Counted from the stretch's first letter, positions 8,725-18,479 are shown. The stretch: 64,000 nt of DNA from Candidatus Yanofskybacteria bacterium (GCA_903830625.1 CAIKUK010000015.1:37-64036); one strand, 5' to 3'. Notes: a model not told the origin generated them from the sequence alone. A program made the numbers and translations.

Positions 8725-9780
8725 ATGATAACAACCACTTTAGTGGTTGTTATCATGTTAATCGCGATTAAAGGGCCCACTGGAGACCAACCCGGTATCG
8801 TGGGGAGTGTTGTGCGACACTACACAGAGGAAACATCGGCTTCCATCATCCCTACCGAAACCAAACTCCAGCTGACCGACATTAGTAGTCTTATGGGGAA
8901 TAATGTTCCGGCCACTAACCGAGGTCAAGGAGGCTCTGAAGATTACATTTCTTCAACCGTTTATCTTATCCAAGATGATTCTGTACAAGCGGTCAATTCG
9001 GTGTCAGTGAATTATCTGGACGACATCAAACCGAACAAAATTACCAATTACACAGTCTTACCGGGTGACGCTCTGTCGTTCATTGCTTCAGACTTCGGCG
9101 TCAGTACTGAATCCATTATTTGGGCCAATAAACTCACTGATATCAATAACATTTCCCCAGGCCAAATTCTAAGAATACCCCCAATCTCGGGGGTTATCCA
9201 TTCGGTTCAAAAAGGCGATTCAGTTTCCTCTATTGCTAAAAAATATAACGCCGACAGCGCTAGAATTATAGCTTTTAACGAACTCGGCGATGATTCAAAA
9301 CTTGTTTCAGGAACTGATCTAGTGATACCTGATGGCGAGATGACAAAAGCCACGGCCGGAAGTAAAACTAGCGTTAAATACGGGGCCACATCAAGTGTCG
9401 CCAAAAAATTCGCGTATCTTCCGGACATGGGAGATTATTTCGGAATACCTGCAACTGGTTTTGACTGGGGGATTGTCCACGGCCGCAATAGTGTAGACGT
9501 TGCCAATGCTTGCGGGACGCCAATTAAGGCCTCGGCTAACGGAACAGTGGTCATTGCCTTAAGTTCCGGTTGGAACGGTGGATTCGGCAAGTATATTAAA
9601 CTGGTCCATTCAAATGGCACCGAAACTCTTTACGGGCATTTGAGCAAACTTCTCATTACCGAGGGTGAAGTTGCGGCCAAAGGCCAAGAAATTGGTCTCA
9701 TGGGTACAACGGGTAATTCGACGGGTTGCCATCTCCATTTTGAAGTTCACGGCGCCCGCAATATTCTAGCCAAATACTAA
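8725..9780 (+). CDS. LysM-domain M23 family metallopeptidase
   Basis: Two LysM repeats (GDALSFIASDFGVSTESIIWANKL and GDSVSSIAKKYNADSARIIAFNEL) and a C-terminal M23 core (HGHLS...GTTGNSTGCHLHFEV). The first 33 nt of the ORF form a perfect 14-bp hairpin. Confidence 0.8.
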   Translation: MITTTLVVVIMLIAIKGPTGDQPGIVGSVVRHYTEETSASIIPTETKLQLTDISSLMGNNVPATNRGQGGSEDYISSTVYLIQDDSVQAVNSVSVNYLDDIKPNKITNYTVLPGDALSFIASDFGVSTESIIWANKLTDINNISPGQILRIPPISGVIHSVQKGDSVSSIAKKYNADSARIIAFNELGDDSKLVSGTDLVIPDGEMTKATAGSKTSVKYGATSSVAKKFAYLPDMGDYFGIPATGFDWGIVHGRNSVDVANACGTPIKASANGTVVIALSSGWNGGFGKYIKLVHSNGTETLYGHLSKLLITEGEVAAKGQEIGLMGTTGNSTGCHLHFEVHGARNILAKY

Positions 9781-9801
9781 AGTTAATAAACGCCACCAAA
9801 T

Positions 9802-9828
9802 AAAAAATCGCCTAGGGCGAATTTTTTA
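9802..9828. terminator. Bidirectional rho-independent terminator between the M23 peptidase gene and comM
   Basis: AAAAAATCGCC-tag-GGCGAATTTTTT hairpin flanked by A- and T-runs. Confidence 0.55.
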
Positions 9829-9860
9829 TTTCGAATGAAACAATCTTAATGAATTAGGCC

Positions 9861-11399
9861 TCAGTTGCCTTCCCCAAGTAATTTTTCATTGATTTTTAGA
9901 CTAATAGCTTCAGCGACATGCTGGGGTTTTATTAATTCTGACGATTCAAGATCAGCGATTGTTCGGCTAAGTTTCTTGATTTTATGATAGGCCCGAAAAG
10001 ACAGGGATTTAGAAGCGACTGCACTTTGAAGAAGTTTTTCGGCTTCTGGTTCCAATTGGCACCATTTATCTATGTTCCGATATGAAATCTCGGCATTGGT
10101 AAATATTTTGGAATTTTTAAATCTAGCCAGCTGAATAGCCCGGGCACTGGCTATTTTTTCTCTTATTTCATTGAATTTTTTAACCGACATAGGTTCATGA
10201 GTAGTGGTCGCTGTTTCTCTCGGAACATTAATTTGAATATCAATCCGATCCAAAAGGGGACCGGATATTTTCTTACGATAATGAATAATATTCATCGGCG
10301 AGCAAACACAATTCGCTCTTGGCTCGCCATAATTACCGCATGGGCAAGGATTCATAGCACCCACAAGCGTAAATTTAGCCGGTAAACGAATGGACCCAGC
10401 GGCCCTAGAGACAGTGATTACTCCTTCTTCAAGCGGTTCCCGCAGGCTTTCAAGAACATGACGGGGAAATTCGGGTAACTCGTCCAAAAACAATATTCCC
10501 CGATGAGAAAGGCTGATTTCTCCTGGTTTAGGATTAGTTCCGCCACCGACCATGGCCGGAGCTGAAGTAGTATGGTGCGGACTCCGAAATGGACGTTCAG
10601 ACATAAGAGAAGAACCATTTACAAGGCCCATCGAACTGTAAATTCGCGTCACTTCGATTGCTTCTGGGAATGAGAGGTCGGGCATTAAATCCGCTAAAGC
10701 CTTGGCTAAAAGAGTTTTCCCGGAACCAGGCGGACCGCTCATTAGAATATTATGCCCGCCGGCAGCGGCGACCATAAGAGCGTGCTTAGCTGTTTCTTGG
10801 CCTTTGATAAGACGAAAGGCCTCACCATCATCTTTAGAAACAGTGGGGCCGGGGATTTTATATTTAACAGGCTTTAGTGGTCTAATGCCACTAAGATGTT
10901 CTATTAGTTCAGTGATAGTGCTTACACCAAACACTTTGATATCTCCAACAATTGATGCTTCCCCAGTATTTGCCGTAGGTATAAAAATCTCTTTAAGACC
11001 CAGATTTTTGGACAATATCGCAGCCGAAAGGACGCCATTGACCGGTTTTATGGCCCCATTCAAGGATAATTCCCCTAGAAAGATTTTATCTTCGGTATTA
11101 AATTTAACCTGCCCAGTTTCTAGGAGATACCCGACAGCAATCGGTAAATCATAGGCTGGACCTTCTTTACGGATATCAGCCGGAGCGAGATTGATAATGA
11201 TTTTCTTGTGTTTCGCGCTGGGTGGAATAAGCCCGTTAGACCGAATAGCCGAAGCAATTCTTTCCTTAGATTCTTGAACGGCCTTATCTGGCAAACCGAC
11301 AATATTAAAAGCATGCAAACCAGGCGTAGAATCAACTTCAACTTCGATCAGTTGAGCATCAATGCCATTTATTGAAGCCGAGAATAGACGGACAGACAC
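9861..11399 (-). CDS. comM: YifB/ComM family Mg-chelatase-like AAA+ ATPase
   Basis: 512 aa. N-terminal Lon-like domain, Walker A GPPGSGKT, and overall ComM/YifB architecture. Confidence 0.8.
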   Translation of the reverse strand: MSVRLFSASINGIDAQLIEVEVDSTPGLHAFNIVGLPDKAVQESKERIASAIRSNGLIPPSAKHKKIIINLAPADIRKEGPAYDLPIAVGYLLETGQVKFNTEDKIFLGELSLNGAIKPVNGVLSAAILSKNLGLKEIFIPTANTGEASIVGDIKVFGVSTITELIEHLSGIRPLKPVKYKIPGPTVSKDDGEAFRLIKGQETAKHALMVAAAGGHNILMSGPPGSGKTLLAKALADLMPDLSFPEAIEVTRIYSSMGLVNGSSLMSERPFRSPHHTTSAPAMVGGGTNPKPGEISLSHRGILFLDELPEFPRHVLESLREPLEEGVITVSRAAGSIRLPAKFTLVGAMNPCPCGNYGEPRANCVCSPMNIIHYRKKISGPLLDRIDIQINVPRETATTTHEPMSVKKFNEIREKIASARAIQLARFKNSKIFTNAEISYRNIDKWCQLEPEAEKLLQSAVASKSLSFRAYHKIKKLSRTIADLESSELIKPQHVAEAISLKINEKLLGEGN

Positions 11400-11411
11400 A
11401 AGGATAAAGTG

Positions 11412-11768
11412 TTATTCGGCGTGTTTAATACAAAATGGAGACATAGGCAGTTCCGTAAGACGTTCCATGGAAATATCCTCGCCACACTTCTCACAAACAC
11501 CATAGGTTCCATTTTTGACCTTCTCTTTGGCCTCCAGAATGGCTTCTAGATGATGTTTAAGCTCTTGTTCAATAGCGGTGTTGGTTTCAGTGGTTGTGGC
11601 TTCGCGGGCAATGTCATCTTCTCGGACGTCGCCCTCATAATCAGCCGGCTTAGGCTGAAAACCGCCTGAAGCTGGGTCTTTAACCGCCACTTCCTCTAGG
11701 TCTTTGCGGACAAGAGCTTCTTCTTCCGACAACAAGTGGTCAAATTTTTGTAGGTCTTGCGGGGTCAT
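11412..11768 (-). CDS. DksA/TraR family C4-type zinc-finger protein
   Basis: C-terminal CEKCGEDISMERLTELPMSPFCIKHAE (CxxC-x17-C) and a coiled-coil N-region. The start is taken at MTPQDLQKF. The track ORF extends to 11852 through unlikely N-terminal sequence. Confidence 0.6.
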   Translation of the reverse strand: MTPQDLQKFDHLLSEEEALVRKDLEEVAVKDPASGGFQPKPADYEGDVREDDIAREATTTETNTAIEQELKHHLEAILEAKEKVKNGTYGVCEKCGEDISMERLTELPMSPFCIKHAE

Positions 11769-11964
11769 ATGAGTTTCATGGTATCCGAATACAAAATAAA
11801 AGTAAACTAAAAGGCGCGGATGCCTCGTTAAAGATGATTGCGAGTGTGACACCGCGCCTTAAGACCAAATTTTGCCAACAGTCAGTGACTGTTACAAAAC
11901 TGCCAGCAACTTTCAAGGAACATTACTGAAACAACTTGCCCTTACTCGTTCAGTATAGTCCCTT

Positions 11965-12156
11965 GGTGACACTAGTGTCAATTTTTAAAAGTTGATAAGT
12001 GTCACCATGTCACTAGTGTCACCATGTTTAAACAAATGGCTTTAACAAAAGCTTTTCAATGGTGACACTGGTGACATTTGTTAGTGTCACCATGCTCCCA
12101 AATGTCACCTAGTCACAGGTTATAAACAATGTCACCCGCAGATGTGGGTGACATTG
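11965..12156. repeat. Array of at least 10 GGTGACA/TGTCACC heptamers, including an 18-bp perfect palindrome and an 11-bp inverted repeat
   Basis: GGTGACACTAGTGTCA at 11965, AGTGTCACCATG three times, GGTGACACTGGTGACA, and CAATGTCACCC-gcagatgt-GGGTGACATTG at 12127-12156. The array lies in the 330-bp region upstream of the dksA-like gene. Confidence 0.7.
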
Positions 12157-12180
12157 AAAAAACTATATCGAATTAAACGT

Positions 12181-13563
12181 TTATCTGACTGGAACAGTGA
12201 AGGCATCAATAACAGCGAACATGGCTTCCCGAGAACCGGCTATAACCATAAAGGTTTTACCGCCAGATAATACAAAGGCGTAATCTATAGAATGATCAGG
12301 GTAAGAGAAATTCTTGAAGCGAACTGACACACCATTGTAACTGGTAGATATAAATGAGCCGGTATTTTTAGATGGCGTAATAGACATCACTCCGGACAAA
12401 TTGGCACTCATGGTCGGTTCCCAGCCTTGAAGAATACCGACCGAAGAACTGGCCACTTCGCTAATCATCACTAGCCGAGAACCTGGAACAACACCAGTGG
12501 CTAATCGGCCTTTGTTGTCAAAAGACTCTTTTTGGCCATACAGTAAAAACTTATAATACTGGCCGAACGATGCCGGAAGCGACGACGGATATGCCACTAC
12601 GAAACGGTTTAATAAACCGGAAATCGTAAGCACTTGAGCGCTATCGGAAGCCCCGCTAGCAATATTGATTGCCGTTAGAGTCCCTGCGGTTATATTAGGC
12701 TGAGCACTGATGCCATTCTTAAATGCCATGGCCGGGTCTCCCGCCGATGGAAGCATAATAGTTCCGCCCTGGATCGTAAATATTGTGGAAAGTACGTCTG
12801 GATTGGGAGTGGCCGTCGGAACAAACGTAGCTGTAGGAGTAGGAGTTTCTTCAGCCACTTGGCTAGGACTCTGGATAAAGAAATACCAGTAAAGACCGCC
12901 GAAAACCACTATCACGGCCGCGATAATGATAAAGAAAAGATTTCTGGAACTGGCTGGTTTGGTTTCGGCGGCGGGCGGAACATAGAACTGATTCTTCTGG
13001 TCAGATTTCATTTCAGGAGTCTTGGATGCTTGGGGCATTGTGGGCATAACTGGACGGGGGATAGGTGTAGAAACAGGAGGTTTTGGAGCCTGATTCGGTG
13101 TCGATGGCATTGGAGCTGATTTTGTAGCTGAGGGCATGCTTACGGTCGGGCCTAGTTTAGACGGAGCGGGGGCAGAAGTTACGGGCGGAACAACTGGTTT
13201 GACTGGAACCGGAGTATTATCGATTTTCCTAGGAATATTAACCCCCTGAGGCTGTTGGCCGGCTTTAAGCTTGGATAAATCATCACTCATGGTCCGAATA
13301 GAAGATTGGTATTCTTTGGGAACTGAAGGAACAACCGGAGTCGCTGGAGCGGGATTTGGTCTGGGAGGCAGAGGAACCGAATTTGAAGCTATGGGTGGCG
13401 GACCCATGGGTCGAGGCGGAGGCATGGGTGTTGGTTGGGATATTGAACTTTGAGTCGAAGGAGAAGCTGGGCTTGGCGGGGAACCTTGGGGACGACTTAG
13501 TTCTTTAACTAAATCATCGATGTTTGATTGAGAAGCTGATGAGTTTGGACTTTTGTCGTCCAT
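12181..13563 (-). CDS. Hypothetical proline-rich single-pass membrane protein
   Basis: 460 aa. The N-terminal ~200 aa is Pro/Ser/Thr-rich, followed by one TM (FFIIIAAVIVVFGGLYWYFFI) and a ~230 aa C-terminal domain of unknown function. Confidence 0.5.
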   Translation of the reverse strand: MDDKSPNSSASQSNIDDLVKELSRPQGSPPSPASPSTQSSISQPTPMPPPRPMGPPPIASNSVPLPPRPNPAPATPVVPSVPKEYQSSIRTMSDDLSKLKAGQQPQGVNIPRKIDNTPVPVKPVVPPVTSAPAPSKLGPTVSMPSATKSAPMPSTPNQAPKPPVSTPIPRPVMPTMPQASKTPEMKSDQKNQFYVPPAAETKPASSRNLFFIIIAAVIVVFGGLYWYFFIQSPSQVAEETPTPTATFVPTATPNPDVLSTIFTIQGGTIMLPSAGDPAMAFKNGISAQPNITAGTLTAINIASGASDSAQVLTISGLLNRFVVAYPSSLPASFGQYYKFLLYGQKESFDNKGRLATGVVPGSRLVMISEVASSSVGILQGWEPTMSANLSGVMSITPSKNTGSFISTSYNGVSVRFKNFSYPDHSIDYAFVLSGGKTFMVIAGSREAMFAVIDAFTVPVR

Positions 13564-13751
13564 GGTAATGAGGATTAATTTATTATCTTAAGTCTATCAC
13601 AACAAAAGAAAATGTTGTGCACAGAATTACAAATCCGTTAAAGAATGTCAAAATACGCCCGAGTTCAAGGCGCGCTTGAGTACTAAATTGAGACATGGTA
13701 ACTGCTATGGCGAAAGAGGAACGGAAAGCGCAACGCAGAAATCGGGTGTGT

Positions 13752-15866
13752 TTAGGCGTTCTTTCTTTCCTTCATGGTGAGATTGAGTCTGCCTTGGTCA
13801 TCAATATTCTTGACCCAGACATGAACTTTCTGGCCAGGCTTCACAATATCGCTCGGATGATTAACCCGTTCATTGCTCATCTCGGAAACATGAACTAAAC
13901 CATCGATGCCCGGCAAGATTTCGACGAAAGCGCCAAAATCAAGGATCTTGACGACGGTGCCATCGAATTCATCGCCCGGTTCTGGCTCATAGGTCATTTG
14001 TTTAATCAATTTCAAAGCCTTGTCCATGCCTTCGGCCGTGACCGAAGTCACGAAGACCGAACCGTCGTCTTCAATATCAATCTCGGCGCCGGTCTGTTCA
14101 ATAATGCCATTGATATTCTTGCCGCCCGGCCCAATCAGAGCGCCGATCTTGGCCGGATTAATCTTGATAGTCTGGACGCGAGGCGCATGTGGAGATAAAT
14201 CTTGGCGGTGAGTACCGATGGCAGTAGTAATGACTTTGAGAATTTCCAAACGAGCCTTAAGGGCTTGGGCCAAAGTCTCGGCCACGATCTGCGGAGTAAT
14301 GCCTTCAATTTTTACGTCCATCTGCATACCGGTGACGCCTTCAGCCGTACCAGCCACTTTCAAATCCATATCGCCGTGATGGTCTTCCGGACCTTGGATA
14401 TCGGTCAGAATCTTGTATTTTTCGCCTTTGGAATCCATCATCAAGCCCATGGCAATGCCGGCGGCCGGCGCTTTGATGGGCACACCACCATCCATCAAGG
14501 CTAAACTGGAACCGCAGACCGAAGCCATGGATGAGGAACCGTTGGATGAAAGGATTTCTGAAACCAAGCGGATGGTGTACGGAAAATCGGCTTTGTCGGG
14601 GATAATTGGCTCAAGCGAACGCTCGGCTAAATAGCCATGACCAATCTCGCGTCGGCCCGTCGCCCCTAAACGACCGACTTCACCGACGCTGTATGGAGGA
14701 AAGCCATAGTGATGGAAGAATCTTTTCTTGGTTAGATCAACTTCCATAGACTCCAGCCATTGTTCCATGCCCGGCGCGCCAAGTGTGAGAATGGATAAAG
14801 CTTGGGTCGTGCCTCGATTAAACAAACCCGACCCATGAGTGCGGGGGAGAATGGCTGTTTCGGCGGAAAGCGCGCGCAATTCATCCATTTTACGGCCATC
14901 GGGACGCTTTTCTTCTTCAATAATATTTTTGTGGACGATACGGTCAATTTCTTCTTCGTAAATCGAGCCGGCTTCGTCTAGTTTCTTGTCTAAGTCATCG
15001 GTCTCTTTGTATTTGAGTTTAATCTCGGTCATCAGTTCTTCTTTGATTTGACCAAGACCCTCGTAGAATTCGGATTTGGCCTTGCCCGGCGCGTAAAGCG
15101 CGGCTTGGAGCTTTACTTCCGAGAAACTACGGACTACATTGGCCAGTTCGGCGTCTTGAGTAAAGACGGCCAGTTCTTTTTTCTTTTTGCCGATTTCGGC
15201 GGCAATCTTTTCTTGAAGCTCAATCAAACCTTTGAAGGCCTCAAAGCCCGCAGTAATGGCACCGGTCATGTCTTTTTCGGGAACAATCTTAGCGCCGGCT
15301 TCAATCATGTTTATTTTGCCGGCCGTGCCCGCCACAACAATATCAAAGTCGCTCGTAGCTCGTTCTTGGTAAGTCGGATTGAGAATTAATTTTCCATCTA
15401 CGCGCCCAACACGAAGACCGGCAATCGGGCCGTTGAAGGGGATATCGGAAATCATTAGCGCCAAAGATGCCCCGAACAACGCCGGCATGTCCGGATCGTT
15501 GATACCGTCAAATGACAAGACTGTGGCAATAACTTGAATTTCGTTGCGGATGTTGTGGTTGAAGCGGGGACGAATAGCCCGATCAATTAGCCGGCTCGTG
15601 AGAATGGCGTCTTCGGTCGGACGGCCTTCGCGCTTAATCCATTTGGAACCTTTAATCTTGCCGGCGGCGTAATACTTTTCTTCGTATTCCACCTGCAACG
15701 GCATGTAGTCCACGGCTTTTAATTGAGCCGACATGGTAGCGTTGACCATGACCGTTGTTTCGCCGTACTGAACCACACAAACACCGTTGGCTTGGCCGCC
15801 AAAACGCCCTATTTCCACCGAGAGCGGTTTACCCGCGAACTCGGTCTGGTATTTCTTTACTGCCAT
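13752..15866 (-). CDS. pnp: Polynucleotide phosphorylase
   Basis: 704 aa. Two RNase PH domains, a KH domain and a C-terminal S1 domain, with an N-terminus typical of PNPase. Confidence 0.9.
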   Translation of the reverse strand: MAVKKYQTEFAGKPLSVEIGRFGGQANGVCVVQYGETTVMVNATMSAQLKAVDYMPLQVEYEEKYYAAGKIKGSKWIKREGRPTEDAILTSRLIDRAIRPRFNHNIRNEIQVIATVLSFDGINDPDMPALFGASLALMISDIPFNGPIAGLRVGRVDGKLILNPTYQERATSDFDIVVAGTAGKINMIEAGAKIVPEKDMTGAITAGFEAFKGLIELQEKIAAEIGKKKKELAVFTQDAELANVVRSFSEVKLQAALYAPGKAKSEFYEGLGQIKEELMTEIKLKYKETDDLDKKLDEAGSIYEEEIDRIVHKNIIEEEKRPDGRKMDELRALSAETAILPRTHGSGLFNRGTTQALSILTLGAPGMEQWLESMEVDLTKKRFFHHYGFPPYSVGEVGRLGATGRREIGHGYLAERSLEPIIPDKADFPYTIRLVSEILSSNGSSSMASVCGSSLALMDGGVPIKAPAAGIAMGLMMDSKGEKYKILTDIQGPEDHHGDMDLKVAGTAEGVTGMQMDVKIEGITPQIVAETLAQALKARLEILKVITTAIGTHRQDLSPHAPRVQTIKINPAKIGALIGPGGKNINGIIEQTGAEIDIEDDGSVFVTSVTAEGMDKALKLIKQMTYEPEPGDEFDGTVVKILDFGAFVEILPGIDGLVHVSEMSNERVNHPSDIVKPGQKVHVWVKNIDDQGRLNLTMKERKNA

Positions 15867-16060
15867 ATAGTTTCACCGACGAATTGAGAGAGAGGCAATA
15901 CTGGCCGCAGATTTCGATATTATCAAAAGCTATGGCCAAAATTGAGCCCCATCATTTTGCATCTGTTTCAATCTCTATCGGTTGTTAATTAACTTCGTCA
16001 AAATATACCATAAGTTTCTTATAAAAACAATGAGCCCGCGATGAGCTCATCGCGGGCAGT

Positions 16061-16273
16061 TCAGAAACCTATTTTGTCGCAAAAACGAAAGAAAGCGGCA
16101 CGATACTTGGGTTCACGTTCAGCCCAGCATAGCTCACATTCTGAACCGGCGCCAACAAGTATCCACGCCACACATAGTTTTACAGCCCAGTGTTCGAACC
16201 GAAAGAGCAGAAATAAACCAACTACCAACAACACGACGACCGTACTCCAATCGTGTTCGTAAGCCACTTTCAT
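16061..16273 (-). CDS. Small hydrophobic membrane protein (70 aa)
   Basis: A strong GGAGGTG ribosome-binding site sits 5 nt upstream of the ATG, and there are two predicted TM segments. It lies between pnp and the NYN gene. Confidence 0.45.
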   Translation of the reverse strand: MKVAYEHDWSTVVVLLVVGLFLLFRFEHWAVKLCVAWILVGAGSECELCWAEREPKYRAAFFRFCDKIGF

Positions 16274-16290
16274 TTATCACCTCCCCCACG

Positions 16291-16314
16291 AAAATACCGC
16301 CTTCCGGCGGTATC
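16291..16314 (-). terminator. Rho-independent terminator downstream of the NYN-domain gene
   Basis: TACCGCC-ggaa-GGCGGTA hairpin followed by TTTTCG on the minus strand. Confidence 0.5.
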
Positions 16315-16321
16315 GTCAACG

Positions 16322-16834
16322 TTATTTCAGTAGCACTTTGTCTTTCACTTCTTCTAAATCTAGATAATTGTTGGTGGCTTCGATGAGACGAGCCGAGGTA
16401 GAACGATGGAAACCGGCGACTTCCACGATAGTGCCGTTGAATTTCAAATAATCAACGAGCGGCTCGTAATCGCCGTCGCCCGAAACAATCACGATGACGT
16501 CTACGAGCTTGGAAAGAGTGATGGCATCAATGGCAATAGCCACGTCCCAGTCGCCCTTTTTCATCCCGCCCGGAAAAACTTGAAGGTCTTTGGATTTCAA
16601 TTCAAAACCGGCTTTTTCTAGCGCGCCGAAGAAAGCTTTTTCTTCATCGGTATCGGATTTGACGACGTAGGCGATGGCTCGGACCAGTTCTCGATTGGCA
16701 GTAGTGAGTTTTAAAAGCTCACCGAAATTAACTCGAGCCTTATAGAGATTCTTGGCCGAGTGATACATATTGGAAACATCGACTAATATGCCCACTCTAT
16801 GGTTTTTCCGCTGAGGAACAGTATTCTTATGCAT
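16322..16834 (-). CDS. NYN-domain (LabA-like, PIN-like) protein
   Basis: 170 aa. GILVDVSNMYHSAKN...VIVSGDGDYEPLV, the NYN/LabA signature. Confidence 0.6.
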   Translation of the reverse strand: MHKNTVPQRKNHRVGILVDVSNMYHSAKNLYKARVNFGELLKLTTANRELVRAIAYVVKSDTDEEKAFFGALEKAGFELKSKDLQVFPGGMKKGDWDVAIAIDAITLSKLVDVIVIVSGDGDYEPLVDYLKFNGTIVEVAGFHRSTSARLIEATNNYLDLEEVKDKVLLK

Positions 16835-16888
16835 AAAAAATGAGGTACTAGGGAGTATAAAAAACTGCAGGAGAACCTCGATTAAAAA

Positions 16889-17152
16889 TTATAAACCTAA
16901 CTTCTTGGAGAGAGCGGCGTGGCGCTTGGGATTATCGCGCTTCAAAAAATCCATCAGCCGTTTGCGCTTGGCCACCATTTTCAAAAGACCGAGACGCGAA
17001 CTGTTGTCTTTGTTGTGCTTTTTTAAATGCTTGGCCAACGATTCAATTTCCTTGGTAAACAAAGCCACCTGGGCTTCGGCCGAACCGGTATCTTTGTCGT
17101 GAATGCGAACCTGATCTAAAACTTTTACTTTTTGCTGAGGGGTTAAAGCCAT
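16889..17152 (-). CDS. rpsO: 30S ribosomal protein S15
   Basis: 87 aa. MALTPQQK...TGSAEAQVALFTKEI...HLKKHNKDNSSRLGLLKMVAKRKRLMDFLKR. Confidence 0.9.
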   Translation of the reverse strand: MALTPQQKVKVLDQVRIHDKDTGSAEAQVALFTKEIESLAKHLKKHNKDNSSRLGLLKMVAKRKRLMDFLKRDNPKRHAALSKKLGL

Positions 17153-17227
17153 GGATATATAAATTGCTAACCTCTAATATTAAACCCGAACTTGAATGTA
17201 TTGTAGCATACAAAAAAGCTCTTTGCA

Positions 17228-17295
17228 ACCCGCCTAAATTTTTAGAATTTTTACGAAAAATGTCTGAAAGACATTGTTCTAAAAACTTAGGCGGG
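17228..17295. repeat. Palindromic hairpin repeat, family A, copy 2, with a nested inner hairpin inserted in the loop
   Basis: ACCCGCCTAAATTTTTAGAA ... TTCTAAAAACTTAGGCGGG. The inner AATGTCT-gaa-AGACATT lies in the divergent rpsO/xerC intergenic region. Confidence 0.75.
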
Positions 17296-17343
17296 CAACT
17301 GGCTTCGCTTTGTGTCGCATAACGTTATATAATGCAGATAATG

Positions 17344-17403
17344 GACCAGGTAGTGAAAGTCCGACTGGGTTTGAGAAGCGACGAATAATCACTATTACTG
17401 GTC
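17344..17403. repeat. Inverted-repeat element, family B, copy a (GGTAGTGAAAGTCCGAC ... CACTATTACTGG)
   Basis: Shares its 5' and 3' arms with the copies at 27183 and 35823. This copy is the most diverged. Confidence 0.5.
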
Positions 17404-17458
17404 AATGTACATAACAAGAAATTCGATAGTGCGTGTTTAGGTCTCAAACCTAAGGAGC

Positions 17459-18391
17459 ATGTCGGACTTCTACTACCTGGTGGACTTGAAAACGCTCAAA
17501 ATTCAATACTTGGAACACCTGGAAATCGAAAAGAACCGTTCACCTAAAACGCTCGAGAACTACAACCGGTACTTAGATCGGTTTCTGCAATTTGCTAAAG
17601 TAACTAAGCCGCATGATCTCGATGGTGAGAGGATAAGGCAGTACCGGCTGCACTTGAATCGTCTCACTGATAATTACGGACAGCCCCTGATGAAAGTTAC
17701 CCAGAATTATCACATTATTGCCCTCCGAAATTTTTTGAAATACCTGGCCAAGAGGGGAGTGAAAAGCGTCTCGGCAGAAACCATTGAACTGGGCCGGGCC
17801 GAGGACCGCCACGTCACTTTTCTGGAGCACAGCGAGCTGGACCGGTTGCTCAATGCCCCGGAAGGTTCGGATCTAAACGCCCTGCGCGACCGAGCTATAT
17901 TGCGAATGCTGTTTTCAACGGGCATGCGCGTCTCCGAACTTTGTTCCATGGACCGCAGTAAGATTGACTTGAAGCGAGGTGAGCTTTCAGTGCTCGGCAA
18001 AGGCCGAAAAATCAGATTGGTTTTCTTGTCGGAAGACGCTAAGGACCAAATCGGCCAATATATCGCCAAGCGGACCGACGTGGACGAAGCCTTATTTATC
18101 CGCATTCCGAAAAGCAAGAAATTTTCCAAAGATTCCGACTTGCGCCTCACGCCCCGTTCAATCCAGCGCATCGTCCAAAAATACGCTATTAAAGCCGGCA
18201 TCATCGGCAAACATGTTTCGCCTCACACCTTGCGTCATAGTTATGCCACCGATCTACTCCGCAACGGCGCCGACATCCGTTCCGTCCAAGCCATGCTCGG
18301 CCATTCTTCGGTCACGACCACTCAAATCTACACCCACGTCACCGATACCCAGCTCCGCGAAATCCATAAAAAGTTTCATGATAAGAAATAA
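17459..18391 (+). CDS. xerC: Tyrosine recombinase XerC/XerD family
   Basis: 310 aa. N-terminal core-binding domain and C-terminal catalytic RHRY region (HTLRHSYATDLL...LGHSSVTTTQIYTHV). Confidence 0.8.
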   Translation: MSDFYYLVDLKTLKIQYLEHLEIEKNRSPKTLENYNRYLDRFLQFAKVTKPHDLDGERIRQYRLHLNRLTDNYGQPLMKVTQNYHIIALRNFLKYLAKRGVKSVSAETIELGRAEDRHVTFLEHSELDRLLNAPEGSDLNALRDRAILRMLFSTGMRVSELCSMDRSKIDLKRGELSVLGKGRKIRLVFLSEDAKDQIGQYIAKRTDVDEALFIRIPKSKKFSKDSDLRLTPRSIQRIVQKYAIKAGIIGKHVSPHTLRHSYATDLLRNGADIRSVQAMLGHSSVTTTQIYTHVTDTQLREIHKKFHDKK

Positions 18392-18392
18392 C

Positions 18393-18420
18393 TAAAATCC
18401 GCCGATGAGGCGGATTTTAG
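18393..18420. terminator. Bidirectional terminator hairpin between xerC and the convergent small gene
   Basis: AAAATCCGCC-gatg-AGGCGGATTTTA. Confidence 0.55.
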
Positions 18421-18479
18421 GGCGCGCCAAACGCGCTTCAATTAGTATTGTAAGAATTTACCGGGTCATTCTAGCCAGA

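Noticed and set aside
10702-11154. 150-aa plus-strand ORF
   Set aside because: Antisense to comM. No start context.
17710-18395. ORFs 17710-18210 (minus) and 17979-18395 (plus)
   Set aside because: They overlap the well-supported xerC coding frame. Their composition is Ser/Arg-rich, typical of out-of-frame translation.
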